DNA of 64,000 nucleotides from Eledone cirrhosa (lineage: Eukaryota): assembly GCA_964016885.1 (NCBI GenBank), contig OZ024752.1, forward strand, positions 19,406,001 through 19,470,000, written 5' to 3'. Both the position numbers and the translations under genes were made by a program. Under the pieces are notes generated by a model. It searched no databases. It was not told the origin of the DNA and worked only from the letters and a program-made list of their open reading frames with translations. Shown here one piece after another: positions 43,421 to 57,773 of the stretch (position 1 is its first letter; the number at the start of each line of letters is the position of its first letter).

Positions 43421-43739
43421 GTAAGTATGCGGCTAACACTGCACTCACCTCTCTCTTTATAAGTCGTCTAAATTCAAATGTTATTGTCTCATAGCTCACC
43501 TCAATTACCTCAAACTTGATGGATAATAATAATAATAAATTGTAAGTTAAATATAGAGGTGTGTGGTGACATAGCAATGTAATTATCAAAACAGGTAGAT
43601 GATGTATTCTTCTTGAGACATGCATATACAGACATAGGGAAAGATGGGCGAAGATGGAATGGCTGAGGAAGAGAGACGCCTACAACAACAACAAAAACTT
43701 CACGCTGCATATCTACATACTCGCATGTATAGTAGTGAT

Positions 43740-46093
43740 GTGTGAGTGTGTTTCTGTGTGTTTGTCATTGTGTATCTGTATGGTGTGTGTGTGTTTGTGT
43801 TTGTGTGTCTGTATGGTGTGTGTTTGTGTTTGTGTGTCTGTATGGTGTGTGTTTCTGTGTGTTTGTCATTGTGTATCTGTATGGTGTGTGTGTGTTTGTG
43901 TTTGTGTGTCTGTATGGTGTGTGTTTGTGTTTGTGTGTCTGTATGATGTGTGTTTGTGTGTGTTTGTCATTGTGTATCTGTATGGTGTGTGTGTGTTTGT
44001 GTTTGTGTGTCTGTATGGTGTGTGTTTGTGTGTGTTTGTCATTGTGTATCTGTATGGTGTGTGTGTGTTTGTGTTTGTGTGTCTGTATGGTGTGTGTTTG
44101 TGTGTGTTTCTCATTGTGTATCTGTATGGTGTGTGTGTGTTTGTGTTTGTGTGTCTGTATGGTGTGTGTTTGTGTGTGTTTGTCATTGTGTATCTGTATG
44201 GTGTGTGTGTGTTTGTGTTTGTGTGTCTGTATGGTGTGTGTTTGTCATTGTGTATCTGTATGGTGTGTGTGTGTTTGTGTTTGTGTGTCTGTATGGTGTG
44301 TGTTTGTGTGTGTTTGTCATTGTGTATCTGTATGGTGTGTGTGTGTTTGTGTTTGTGTGTCTGTATGATGTGTGTTTGTGTGTGTTTGTCATTGTGTATC
44401 TGTATGGTGTGTGTGTGTTTGTGTTTGTGTGTCTGTATGATGTGTGTTTGTGTGTGTTTGTCATTGTGTATATGTATGGTGTGTGTGTGTCTGTGTTTGT
44501 GTGTCTGTATGATGTGTGTTTGTGTGTGTTTGTCATTGTGTATCTGTATGGTGTGTTTGTGTTTGTGTGTCTGTATGATGTGTGTTTGTGTGTGTTTGTC
44601 ATTGTGTATCTGTATGGTGTGTGTGTGTGTTTGTGTTTGTGTGTCTGTATGATGTGTGTTTGCGTGTGTGGATGTCTTTGTCTTTGTGTGTCTGTATTTG
44701 TGTCTGTCTGTGTGTGTGTGGGAATGTCTGTTTGTGTGTGAGTGTGTGTGTGTCTGTGTGAATGTCTGTTTGTGTGTGAGTGTGTGGGGGGGGGGCAGGT
44801 CTGTTTGTGTGTGTGTGTGTTGGAATGTCTGTTTGTGTGTGAGTGTGTGTGTATGAATATCTGTTTGTGTGTGAGTGTCTGTGTGTCTGTTTGAATGTGT
44901 GTGTGTGGGAATGTTTGTTTGTGCGTGTGTGTGTAGGGGGGATGTCTGTTTGTGTGTGTCTGTCTTTGTGTGTGTGGGATGTCTGTGTGAGTGAGTGTGT
45001 GTGTGGGGGGAATGTCTGTTTGTGTGTGAGTGTGTGTCTGTGGGAATGTCTGTTTGTGTGTGAGTGTATGTGTGGGGGGAATGTCTGTGTGTGTGTGTGT
45101 GTGTGGGAATATCTGTTTGTGTGTGAGTGTGTGTGTGTGGGAATGTCTGTTTATGTGGGAGTGTGTGTGTGGGAATGTCTGTTTGTGTGTGAGTGTGTGT
45201 GTGTGTCTGTGGGAATGTCTGTTTGTGTGTGAGTGTGTGTGTGTGGGAATGTCTGTTTGTGTGTGAGTGTGTGTGTGGGAATGTCTGTTTGTGTGTGAGT
45301 GTGTGTGTGCCTGCCTGACTGTCTGTTTGTGTGTGAGTGTGTGTGTGTGGGAATGTCTGTTTGTGTATATAGTTGTGTGTGTGCCTGCCTGACTGTCTGA
45401 TTGTGTGTGTATGACTATATATATAAGTGTGTGTGTGTACGACTATATATATATGTGTGTGTGTGTGTATGACTATATATATATCTGTGTGTGTATGACT
45501 ATATATGTGTGTGTGTGTGTACGACTATATATATGTGTGTGTGTGTGTATGACTATATATGTGTGTGTATCACTATATATGTGTGTGTACGACTATATAT
45601 GTATGTGTGTGTGTGTGTACGACTATATATATGTGTGTGTGTGTATGACTATATATATATGTGTGTGTGTGTGTACGACTATATATACGTGTGTGTGTGT
45701 ATGACTATGTATATATATATGTGTGTGTACGACTATATATATATGTGTGTGTGTACGACTATATATATATGTGTGTGTACGACTATATATATATCTGTGT
45801 GTGTGTGTACGACTATATATATGTGTGTGTGTGTACGACTATATATATATATATGTGTGTGTGTGTACGACTATATATATGTGTGCGTGTGTGTACGACT
45901 ATATATATATATATGTGTGTGTGTACGACTATATATATATGTGTGTGTGTATGACTATATATATATATATGTGTGTATGACTATATATATATGTGTGTGT
46001 ATGACTATATATATATATATGTGTGTATGACTATATATATATGTGTGTGTGTGTGTATGAATGACTATATATATATGTGTGTGTGTGTATGAC

Positions 46094-46124
<31 letters not shown>

Positions 46125-47130
46125 ATTACTATATATATATATAGTCATACACACACATGTGTGTGTGTGTACGACTATATATATATGTGTGTGTGTGTGT
46201 ACGACTATATATGTGTGTGTGTGTACGACTATATATATATATATGTGTGTGTGTGTGTATGTCTATATATATATGTGTGTGTGTGTGTCTATATATATAT
46301 GTGTGTGTGTGTGTGTATGTCTATATATATATGTGTGTGTGTGTGTATGTCTATATATATATGTGTGTGTGTGTGTATGTCTATATATATATGTGTGTGT
46401 GGGTACGACTATATATATATATATATGAGTGTGTGTGTACGACTATATATATATATGCGTGTATGTGTGTATGATTATATATATATGTGTGTGTATGACT
46501 ATATATTTATGTGTGTGTGTATGTACGACTATATACATATATATGTGTGTGTATGACTATATATATATGTGTGTGTGTGTACGACTATATATATATGTGT
46601 GTGTGTGTACGACTATATATATATGTGTGCATGTACGACTATATATATGTGTGTGTGTGTATGACTATATATATATGTGTGTGTGTGTACGACTATATAT
46701 ATGTGTGTGTGTATGACTATATATATATGTGTGTGAGTGTAGTATGTATACTACTATATATATATGTGTGTGTGTGTGTGTATGACTATATGTATATATG
46801 TGTGTGTATGACTATATATACATATGTGTGTGTGTGTGTACGACTATATATATATGTGTGTGTGTACGACTATATATATATATGTGTGTGTGTGTGCGAC
46901 TATATATATATGTGTGTGTGTGCGACTATACATATATTTGTGTGTGTGTACGATTATATATATATGTGTGTGTGTGTATGACTATATAAATGTGTGTGTG
47001 TGTGTATGACTATATATATATATGTGTGTATGACTATATATATATATATGTGTGTGTGTGTGTACCACTATATATATATGTGTGTGTGTGTGTACCACTA
47101 TATATATATATGTGTGTGTGTGTGTTCCAC

Positions 47131-47163
<33 letters not shown>

Positions 47164-47168
47164 ACCAC

Positions 47169-47205
<37 letters not shown>

Positions 47206-47210
47206 ACCAC

Positions 47211-47241
<31 letters not shown>

Positions 47242-47246
47242 ACCAC

Positions 47247-47279
<33 letters not shown>

Positions 47280-48292
47280 ACCACTATATATATATATATA
47301 TGTGTGTGTGTGTCTATAATCAAATATATAGAAATAAAAATAGAATTGTGTAAAATATATTGTTTTATAGCTATAACAATATATATAATAGAAACACACC
47401 TTAATACACACACACAGACACACATACATATACACACACACACACTCATATACACACACACACACACACATAGACACACATACATATAGACACACACACA
47501 TAGACACACACACATATAGACACATAGACACACACATATATAGACACACACACATAGACACACACACACATAGACACACACACATATAGACACACATAGA
47601 TACACACACATAGACACACACATATATAGACACATACACATATAGACACATAGACACACACATAAATAGACACATAGACACACACACATAGACACGCACA
47701 CACACATATAGACACACATAGACACATACACACATAGACACATACACACATAGACACACATAGACTCACACACACACACAAAGACACACACACACATAGA
47801 CACACACACACATAGACACACACACACATAGACACACACACACATAGACACATACACACACACACATAGACACACATATACACACTCACACACATAGACA
47901 CACACATACACACATAGACACACACACACAGTCACACACATACACATACACACACAGACACACACACACATAGACACACATACACACATAGACTCACATA
48001 GACACACAGTCACACATAGACACACACAGACAGTCACGCATAGACACACACACAGAGTCACACATAGACACACACACACACATGGCCACACATAGACAGT
48101 CACACATAGACACACACAGTCACACATAGACCCACACACACAGTCACACATAGACACACAGTCACACATAGACACACACACACAGTAACACATAGACATA
48201 CACACACATATACACACATATATATACACACATATACACACGCATATATACACACATACACACACGCACATATAGACACACACACACATATA
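43740..48292. repeat. 4.5-kb compound TG/TA/CA-derived minisatellite block
   Basis: Successive units: about 64-bp GTCATTGTGTATCTGTATGG type (43750-44660), GGGAATGTCTGTTTG type (44700-45400), GTACGACTATATA type (45400-47315) and CACATAGACA type (47400-48292). Confidence 0.95.
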
Positions 48293-48493
48293 TGACATTA
48301 AACTACATCCAGTGGCAAGGCTCTAGTTCGGGAGTTCAGGAGCTGTTGGGAATGTGGGGTTATCCCTTATTTGTCTTAACTCCCAGGTCTGCTCTGGCCT
48401 GGAGTAGTAGTACCTGTTAGGGCCCCATTTATGGGTTAAATATTGACCTTATTTGAGTGGCGCCGGTAAGGTATTGTCAGCCACTGAAAAGAA

Positions 48494-48543
<50 letters not shown>

Positions 48544-48548
<5 letters not shown>

Positions 48549-49177
48549 TGTATATATGTGTGTGTCCGCATGTATCTGTGTGTTTCTAAATATATTAATA
48601 ACTCCCTCTGGTCGAGCAATCTTTGAAGTGTGGGGACAACTGGAAAGCTTCCATTACTCATACTTCTCGCCTTCTTCACTACCTCTTCTACGGCCTCGAT
48701 ATGAATACCCCCTCCGCCTCCGTGGTATTTTCTTCGTGGTTATAAGAGGCTTAGCTCTGTTTCTCGACCGTTATATCGCGTGACTGTCTCCCCCTCCGCC
48801 TTTTGGGATTCTTTCTCACGTCGTGTAGACGCGTTCTTGAGACTAGTAAAATGAGGTATCCTCTTGATAAGTCGGCAGACCTCGCAAGGACTCTATATCT
48901 TTGATATATTGTTTTTGTTTATGCCACGAAACTACGTAGTCGAGGAATTTAGGAACAGTTTAGGTATAATACATTTTATTACTAATTATATCTAAATGTT
49001 TCTTCTCTCTTCATAATGTATTTTTAACTCTGATACTGGTTCAGTCTGGTTCAAACTGAATTGGTCTGTCCCAGTCATTCATTGAGCAACATCGGTGAAG
49101 TTGGCACCCTTAACTCACAGTTGGGTGCGGATGCATTCATGTATATATGTGTGTGTCCGCATGTATCTGTGTGTTTC

Positions 49178-49185
<8 letters not shown>
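48544..49185 (+). mobile_element. 591-nt non-coding monomer with terminal direct repeat and a decayed hammerhead (family H5)
   Basis: ATTCATGTATATATGTGTGTGTCCGCATG at 48544 and 49135; tcctc-TTGATAA-gtcggca...tgccac-GAAA-ctacgtag-TC-gagga at 48859-48946. Confidence 0.7.
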
Positions 49186-49234
<49 letters not shown>

Positions 49235-49265
49235 AGATCAAAAGATGGTTAAAGGAGTTCCATGT

Positions 49266-49334
49266 ATTTTATTATGCGCATTTCAAAAACAAACATCATC
49301 ATGCAATAATATTTGTGTTTTCATCAGATAAAAC
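49266..49334 (-). ncRNA. Type I hammerhead ribozyme in PLE-4 pseudo-LTR
   Basis: Reverse complement of 52320-52388. Confidence 0.82.
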
Positions 49335-52319
49335 AGGAGAACATGATATGGAGGCTAAAAAACACTTGTGGATAGTGCAGTTTTAAATCAACATATGAAA
49401 AGTGGTTTTAGATTGATGTGTGATATTGGGAAAAATATTTTATTTAGAGAGGGGGGGGTGGAAAGGATGAAAAGGGAAGGAGATGAGAGGGAGAGATGGG
49501 TGATAGAGAGAAAGAGATAGTTTTTATAACTGAGAGGAGATATATTTTTTGCATAGAGAGGTTGAAAACCGTTGGAAGATACTGTATAAATTAAAAAATT
49601 TGAAAATTAACGAAGGGAGGATATGTGCGAGGAAAAAATATTTTATTTAGGGAGGGGGGATGGAAAGGATGAAAAAAAGGGGGAGGAGATGAGAGTGAAG
49701 GTGGAGAGGGAGAGATGGGTGATAGAGAGAAAGAGATAGTTTTTATAACTGAGAAAAAGATATATTGTTTTAACATAGAGAGGTTGGGAACCGTTGGAAG
49801 ATAATGTATAAATTAAAGGAATTTGAAAATTAACGAAGGGAAATTATGTATGAAGATAGAGAGAAAAAAATAATAATTGTGGATGAATATTCTAACGTCA
49901 AAAAAAGAAATGTATGTATTGTGGCAATTTCAAAATTAACGAAGAGAAAAATTATTAAGGTTTGTGTGTAGAAGGATTTGAGAAAAATAATGTGAAGTTA
50001 AAGTTTGTATATTGATTGAATTGATAATATATGCGAATAAAGAGTTAATATGTATTAATAATGAGTTCGTTGATGGGGAGAAAAAAATAATAAATTAAGG
50101 ATGAAATTGAGATTAAAAAGATTTATGATAGAGAGAAAAGATAATAATGATTGCGGATGAATATTCTAACGTCAAAACAACAGATGTATATGTTATGATT
50201 TGAGGGTAATGAGTAAACAAGTATTATAGAGTGTATAATGCCCTTTAAAGTAAGGTAGATGGGTATATTTTAAAGAGGTGTATGTATATGTGGCTTTGAG
50301 AAAAGATTCTAAATTGATAAAGAATTGAATATTAACTGTATACTTTGTGAAAAGTTCTATGGAATTTATGCAGGCAGATAGAAAACAAATCTGTGCGTCT
50401 ATTTATTATAGAATCTAGGTTAGAGATAATGGTAAATTTTTCATTTAGGCAGAGATTACAGATTTTAGATAGAGAGCTGTTCAAGTATGAGGATGCAGAA
50501 GAAATCTTCTTCCAAAAGATGGTATATTTAATGTTTTTGTCTTTTAAGGACCATATGAGTTCTGAGAGAGCAGTGTTAGTTCTTTTAAGTTTGTATTTGA
50601 AAGATGAATGATGATTATAGAGACGAGCTTTAAAAGAGGTGGAAGTGCAGCCAAAATAGGTGAAGGAATTGGTGCTAGTTATAATTTTACATTCATAAAT
50701 TAAGTTTTTATCGAGACAATGGTTGTTGAGAGGACATGTATTTTTAATGCGGCAGTTGCAATTAGAGAGATTATTAATGAGTGACCTAATGTTATCTATA
50801 GAAGGAATTGGATTGGAGAAGTTGTTTGCGATAGGAATAATAGGAATAATAGTTTCTTGATTTAGAGTTGGATTATGAACATTTAGCGAAGTTGTGTTTG
50901 ACGTTGTATTTGGGTTTACAGAAGTTAGCCTAGGGTTTACAATGACGTCGGGAGTACTATTACTGTTATTATGAAATTCAATATTGGAAGGAAGAGATTT
51001 AGTATTTAGTATTTTATTGTTGTGTTTAGAAATGATGTTGGAAATATTGGAGGATGTAGAATACGAAAATTTGATGGTGTGTTTGTTAAATATTTTACTA
51101 TAGATATGTGAGGGAGGGAAGCATTTATTTAAGGCACTAAAAAATAATTTAGGAATATTGTTATTAATAGAGATGGAGAAAGGAGCATTATACCAGATTA
51201 TGTTTTTGTATCTAGGTCTTTTATTAAAATTATTGGAATGGTCATGATTAATTATTCTACTGTAAGTTTTTCTAGAATTTGTTTCTTTACTATATTTGAT
51301 TTTATCTGGATAGCCGGCTTTAGAAATAACAATATTAATAACAATATTAATAACAATATTCCTAAATTATTTTTTAAAATATACCCATCTACCTTACTTT
51401 AAAGGGCATTATACACTCTATAATACTTGTTTACTCATTACCCTCAAATCATAACATATACATCTGTTGTTTTGACGTTAGAATATTCATCCGCAATCAT
51501 TATTATCTTTTCTCTCTATCATAAATCTTTTTAATCTCAATTTCATCCTTAATTTATTATTTTTTTCTCCCCATCAACGAACTCATTATTAATACATATT
51601 AACTCTTTATTCGCATATATTATCAATTCAATCAATATACAAACTTTAACTTCACATTATTTTTCTCAAATCCTTCTACACACAAACCTTAATAATTTTT
51701 CTCTTCGTTAATTTTGAAATTGCCACAATACATACATTTCTTTTTTTGACGTTAGAATATTCATCCACAATTATTATTTTTTTCTCTCTATCTTCATACA
51801 TAATTTCCCTTCGTTAATTTTCAAATTCCTTTAATTTATACATTATCTTCCAACGGTTCCCAACCTCTCTATGTTAAAACAATATATCTTTTTCTCAGTT
51901 ATAAAAACTATCTCTTTCTCTCTATCACCCATCTCTCCCTCTCCACCTTCACTCTCATCTCCTCCCCCTTTTTTCATCCTTTCCACCCCCCCCCCCCCTC
52001 CCTAAATAAAATATTTTTTCCTCGCACATATCCTCCCTTCGTTAATTTTCAAAATTTTTAATTTATACAGTATCTTCCAACGGTTTTCAACCTCTCTATG
52101 CAAAAAATATATCTCCTCTCAGTTATAAAAACTATCTCTTTCTCTCTATCACCCATCTCTCCCTCTCATCTCCTTCCCTTTTCATCCTTTCCACCCCCCC
52201 CCCTCTCTAAATAAAATATTTTTCCCAATATCACACATCAATCTAAAACCACTTTTCATATGTTGATTTAAAACTGCACTATCCACAAGTGTTTTTTAGC
52301 CTCCATATCATGTTCTCCT

Positions 52320-52388
52320 GTTTTATCTGATGAAAACACAAATATTATTGCATGATGATGTTTGTTTTTGAAATGCGCATAATAAAAT
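52320..52388 (+). ncRNA. Type I hammerhead ribozyme in PLE-4 inverted pseudo-LTR
   Basis: gttttat-CTGATGA-aaacacaaatattatt gcat gatgatgtttgttttt-GAAA-tgcgca-TA-ataaaat; stem III palindrome ATGCGCAT. Confidence 0.82.
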
Positions 52389-52510
52389 ACATGGAACTCC
52401 TTTAACCATCTTTTGATCTTATATTATGCATACTCCAGTCCTACAAACTGTAGAGTGCTTCTTATCCGATATCTGCATTGCTTTATTGTACTACAATAAA
52501 ACTCACCTCC

Positions 52511-52601
<91 letters not shown>

Positions 52602-52971
52602 CTTAGATTTTACTCACTATATATATATATATAGTGAGTAAAATCTAAGTTGCAGCTCATGCGGCATCTCTCGAAAGAACTATCGCCAGAGCTGTCACAC
52701 GCACTCGATAAGATGATATCGATAATTGAAATCTTAGAGTAATATACATACGTTAACAGTGTGACAAATTGAAAACTGTGGGTAGGTAAAAGAATGCCAT
52801 ATATATATTGTTATACTTGGGGAGAATCATATTGTTATAATATTGCTAGAAATAATAACAGAACACTCTCACTGTTTGGTTTAGGTTGGTTTTCGCTTCT
52901 TTATCTTTTATATCTCCACAGTTATTTTATCTGGCAATTAATGTTTATCATTGATTGACCAGCGGTTAAAA

Positions 52972-53076
<105 letters not shown>

Positions 53077-53374
53077 ATCAAAGTTCTTTCGTCGTACAAC
53101 TGCGACATCATCAGTGGTACTATTATGTTTCCTCCCACTGTATTGTAAAGTTTACGCCATTTTTATTTAATTAATTTATTTATTTATTCTTGTCTCTGTC
53201 TCTGCGCATGCGTTTGCGTATAATGTTTAGTGTGTGTGTTCGCGTTTGTATTTTATCTTTGTTCACTGGTGTGTGTTTATATGTGTTTGTTGTTATTGTA
53301 CTTGTGGATATATTTATTTATTTATTTATATAAATGTGCGACGAAAGAACTTTGATAGACTATATATATATATA

Positions 53375-53474
<100 letters not shown>

Positions 53475-53694
53475 TTTTAACCGCTGGTCAATCAATAATA
53501 ATCATTGATTGCCAAATAAATCAACTATGGCGATGTAAAAGATACAGAAGCGAAAAGCAACCCAAACCAAACAGTGAGAGTGTTCTGTTATTATTCTGGC
53601 AATATTGTAACAATATGGTCCTCCCCAAGTATAACAATATTTGTTTCGACACATGGTTTCATATCAAAAACCTTGCAAAACAAATATATATATA

Positions 53695-54130
53695 TAAATG
53701 GAAAAAATGAAACGAAATTTCATTTCTCACTCTTAGTACGGCTGTTTCTTAAATATAAGTATGTATACGTACATACATATATGCTAACAGACGTGCAGTA
53801 GTATGTATATATATACATACATGTACACATATATATATGTACGTATGGGTTTACCGAACATTTATTATAACGATCGGTTTGTTTGTAAACAAACATCCCG
53901 AATAGTACATCGTTCCTTTGTCAGTGTTGAACAAAAGGGCAACGATGGTTGCTAAACACTGTACGGCTTAATTCGGGATGTTTGTTTACAAACAAACCGA
54001 GCATTATAATAAATGTTCGGTAAATCCATACGTATATATATATATGTGTACATGTATGTATATATATATACTTACTACTGTACGTCTGTATACATATATG
54101 TGTATATGTATGTACGTATACATACTTATA
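53695..54130. repeat. Dispersed repeat with internal inversion; homologue at about 5045-5305
   Basis: AAATGGAAAAAATGAAA...GGGTTTACCGAACATTTATTATAA shared with 5045-5240; about 53755-53903 inverts 53970-54130. Confidence 0.8.
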
Positions 54131-54141
54131 TATATATATAT

Positions 54142-55080
54142 ATACAAGTTAATATAAATTAATATATGATAAACACATAAGTGTTTGTATTGTAAAAGAC
54201 GAAGTTAGCTAGAATGAAATAAACTAATTCAAATAAATATAGTTTGCCTGTCTCGATTTAAAATAATAAATCAATAAAAACAAACCCATATTGGCAATAA
54301 CCGTGATACCTGGACAAATTTAAATTTCAAAATCCAAACCTGTTTCGCAGACAAATTTGAATTTCAAAACCCAAATAAGTTTCGCAACGATAGTATAAAA
54401 AAAGTGAAAGATTCCAATTTTCTGTGTTCATCAACAGGTATCCAGAAAAATTAGGATGTTTCACCTCGAAATATTTTTGGAGGTCTGGTGCACAAGCGCA
54501 AACGCACGAGGTTTTCCAGCTCACTAGCTACCCCATACCCACGGCGCAAGAAATAACAGCTGTTTATATGGGATTAAAAATTAGCTCAACAAAAGGAGCC
54601 GTAATATTATATTATATTTAGAGTTATAAACTCAAACAGTCCTTTACAATTAATTATCTCAAAGAAAGAAGCATTTCTGAGCCGTGAAATACAAGTTAAT
54701 ATAAATTAATATATGATAAACACATAAGTGTTTGTATTGTAAAAGACGAAGTTAGCTAGAATGAAATAAACTAATTCAAATAAATATAGTTTGCCTGTCT
54801 CGATTTAAAATGAAATTTAAATTTGTCCAGGTATCACGGTTATTGCCAGTATGGGTTTGTTTTTATTGATTTATTATTTTAAATCGAGACAGGCAAACTA
54901 TATTTATCTGAATTAGTTTATTTCATTCTAGCTAACTTCGTCTTTTACAATACAAACACTTATGTGTTTATCATATATTAATTTATATTAACTTGTATTT
55001 CACGGCTCAGAAATGCTTCTTTCTTTGAGCTAATTAATTGTAAAGGGCTGTTTGAGATTATAACTCTAAATATAATATAA
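54142..55080. mobile_element. 547-nt terminally redundant monomer plus inverted segment
   Basis: TACAAGTTAATATAAATTAATATATG recurs at offset 547 (54143/54690); 54813-55075 is inverted; GAGTTATAAACTCAAA..GAGCCGT block resembles family H3; only a degenerate TTGATGA...GAAA on minus near 54375-54435. Confidence 0.7.
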
Positions 55081-55364
55081 TATATATATATATATATATA
55101 TCAAAATGAAAATCCGAAGGCAAGGTAAATTTCCAATCATTTAATCACGACACATGTTTCTTATTGAAACATGTGTCGTGATTAAATGATTGGAATTTTA
55201 CCTTGCCTTCGGATTTTCATTTTGATACTTATACTCCGTTTTACATCATCTAGCTGTTCCCTCGAATGGAATTGGAGATATACAAAAGCGTGGAGAACTT
55301 AATATTGCTAACATAAAGTTATTGGACCATTTTACACAACCAATAATGCACCTTACTATATAAC

Positions 55365-55442
<78 letters not shown>

Positions 55443-55591
55443 ATATATATAATATAATATATATATATAATATATATAATATATATATAATATATATAAT
55501 ATATATATATATAATATATATATAATATATATATAATATATATATAATATATATATATATAATATATAATATATATAATATATAATATATA

Positions 55592-55685
<94 letters not shown>

Positions 55686-56344
55686 CAGTATATATATATA
55701 CAGTATATATATATAAACGCAAGACAGCCCCATATACGTATGCACACACACAAGCTCACACAGTATATTTCCACATAGAACCAACCTGCATGTACTTTGT
55801 TGTATCATATTTATACATACATGACCAGATTAGTTACGATATAGACGATGGAACGGCCGCGCATACACACACACACACACACACACACTTATACACACAC
55901 ACACACACACCTATATACACACAAACACATACATAGACAGACACTTAGACACACACACCTATATACACACAAACACATACATAGACAGACACTTAGACAC
56001 ACACGTCTATACACATACTTAGACACACACGTCTATACACACACTTAGACACACACCTATATACACACAAACACATACATAGACAGACACTTAGACACAC
56101 ACGTCTATACACATACTTAGACACACACGTCTATACACACACCTATATACACACAAACACATACATAGACTCATACTTAGACACACATTTATACAGACAC
56201 ACTCCTACACACGTCGTGCAATGGCTGCTCACTTAATTATTCGTCTTGTATCTCCACTGATCGCCTCTTCAGATAAAGGAGGAATGTTAGGTAGAGGAAG
56301 TTTATTTCCTCTATTGAAATAAAGTGCATTCTTTTATCACAGCC

Positions 56345-56718
56345 ATCGTTGTCATCATCACTACCATCACCATCACCACCACTACCATCACCACCATCAC
56401 CACCACCATCACTACCATCACCATCACCACCACTACCACTACCACTACCACCACCACCACCACCATCACCACCACTACCATCACCGTCACTACCATCAAC
56501 ACCACCACCACTACCATCACCATCACCACCATCACCACCACCACCACCACCACCACCACCACACCACCACCACACCACCCACACCATCACCACTACCACC
56601 ACTACCACTACCATCACCACCACCGTCACTACCATCACCACCACCACCACCGACACCACCACTACCAACACCGACGCCACCACGACCTCCACTACACCCC
56701 CCCCACCACCACCATCAC
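56345..56718. repeat. (ACC/ATC)n trinucleotide repeat
   Basis: Direct reading. Confidence 0.95.
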
Positions 56719-56902
56719 AAGCCAAGCACTGAGGTTAATATAGTCAACTTTGCCCTGCACACAAATCATTTGGCCTTGTGCCAAAATTAAAAATTAATTA
56801 TTAATGCTAGAACACGGCATGTCATGTCGTAAAGGGATGTAACATGATACCGCACGTCATAAATCATCGCTCTACCGTTTCGGTGTTACACACCCACTAG
56901 AT

Positions 56903-57080
56903 TAGTGGTTGTCAACCTTTTTTGCCAACGGCACACCTTGGAACACATGAAAAAATAGCAGCACACCTGGTTAAATACATATGAAAAATATTTGAATTTT
57001 ACAAAATAAAATTTCGCGGCACACTTAGGAAGATCTCGCGGCACACCAGTGTGCCACGGCACACTGGTTGAGAATCACTG
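56903..57080. mobile_element. hAT (Charlie-like) MITE
   Basis: TIRs TAGTGGTTGTCAACC / GGTTGAGAATCACTG; 8-bp TSD CACTAGAT at 56895-56902 and 57081-57088. Confidence 0.88.
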
Positions 57081-57588
57081 CACTAGATAATTAAACATAC
57101 ATATTAATTAGGAAAAGAAGGTGTGGTGTAGCGAGGATCTCGGGTTTTGATGGTAGAAAGGGAAGAAGAAACCTTGTTTCATGTATTTTCCTTAAACTGT
57201 ACACCTCAATGTTTGCTACTGTCCACATCTGACCAGAGTTCTCTCACTTCTTTCTGTTCAAACCAGCTGTAACCGACCACTCATACTGATGTTAAGGTAG
57301 ATTCAATATTATGTGAGATAACTATGTGAGATAAAGCCTTTACCACGAAAATACAATAGTATATATAGAGTAATGTAAATGGTAAAGGGTTAAGGCTTGT
57401 GTCAAACATTGGTTTCAAACCCAATGACAGTGCCCCGGCATGGGCTCAGCCAGTCAGCTGGAACACTTGAAGGAGTAAAAGAACCCAGAACCCAGCGTTA
57501 TTGAGAATGGATATACCTGCACTCATTTTCAGTTATGTATTATGTATACTTTTCTATTTGATCTCAGTTAAGTATTATTTTCTAATCC

Positions 57589-57773
57589 AGGCGGTGGATT
57601 GGCAGTATCGGTAGAGGGTCGGACGCGATGCTTTCCAGCATAGTTACGTCCCTTTACGATCTGAGTTCAAATCCCGCCGAGGTTGACTTTGCCTTTCATC
57701 CTTACGAGGTCGATAAAATAAAGTACTGGGTAATTGCTGCGTAATTGCTGGCCTTGTGCCTAAAGTAGAAACA
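57589..57773 (+). mobile_element. Full-length family-1 SINE with 15-bp TSD
   Basis: TSD ATTATTTTCTAATCC at 57574-57588 and 57774-57788. Confidence 0.92.

Larger units (their letters stand above)
49227..52512 (-). mobile_element. 5'-truncated Penelope-like element PLE-4 flanked by an about 1.05-kb inverted pseudo-LTR pair
   Basis: Minus strand 50332-51330 reads KAGYPDKIKY, IIWYNAPFS, CNCRIKNTCPLNNHC, LIYEC...TYFGCT...FKARLYNH, CNLC; 49227-50273 is the reverse complement of 51373-52427; (TA)n on both sides. Confidence 0.92.

Noticed and set aside
43654-48298. Cys/Val/Tyr/Ile-rich ORFs up to 350 aa
   Set aside because: Translations of TG/TA microsatellite-derived repeats, open in several frames
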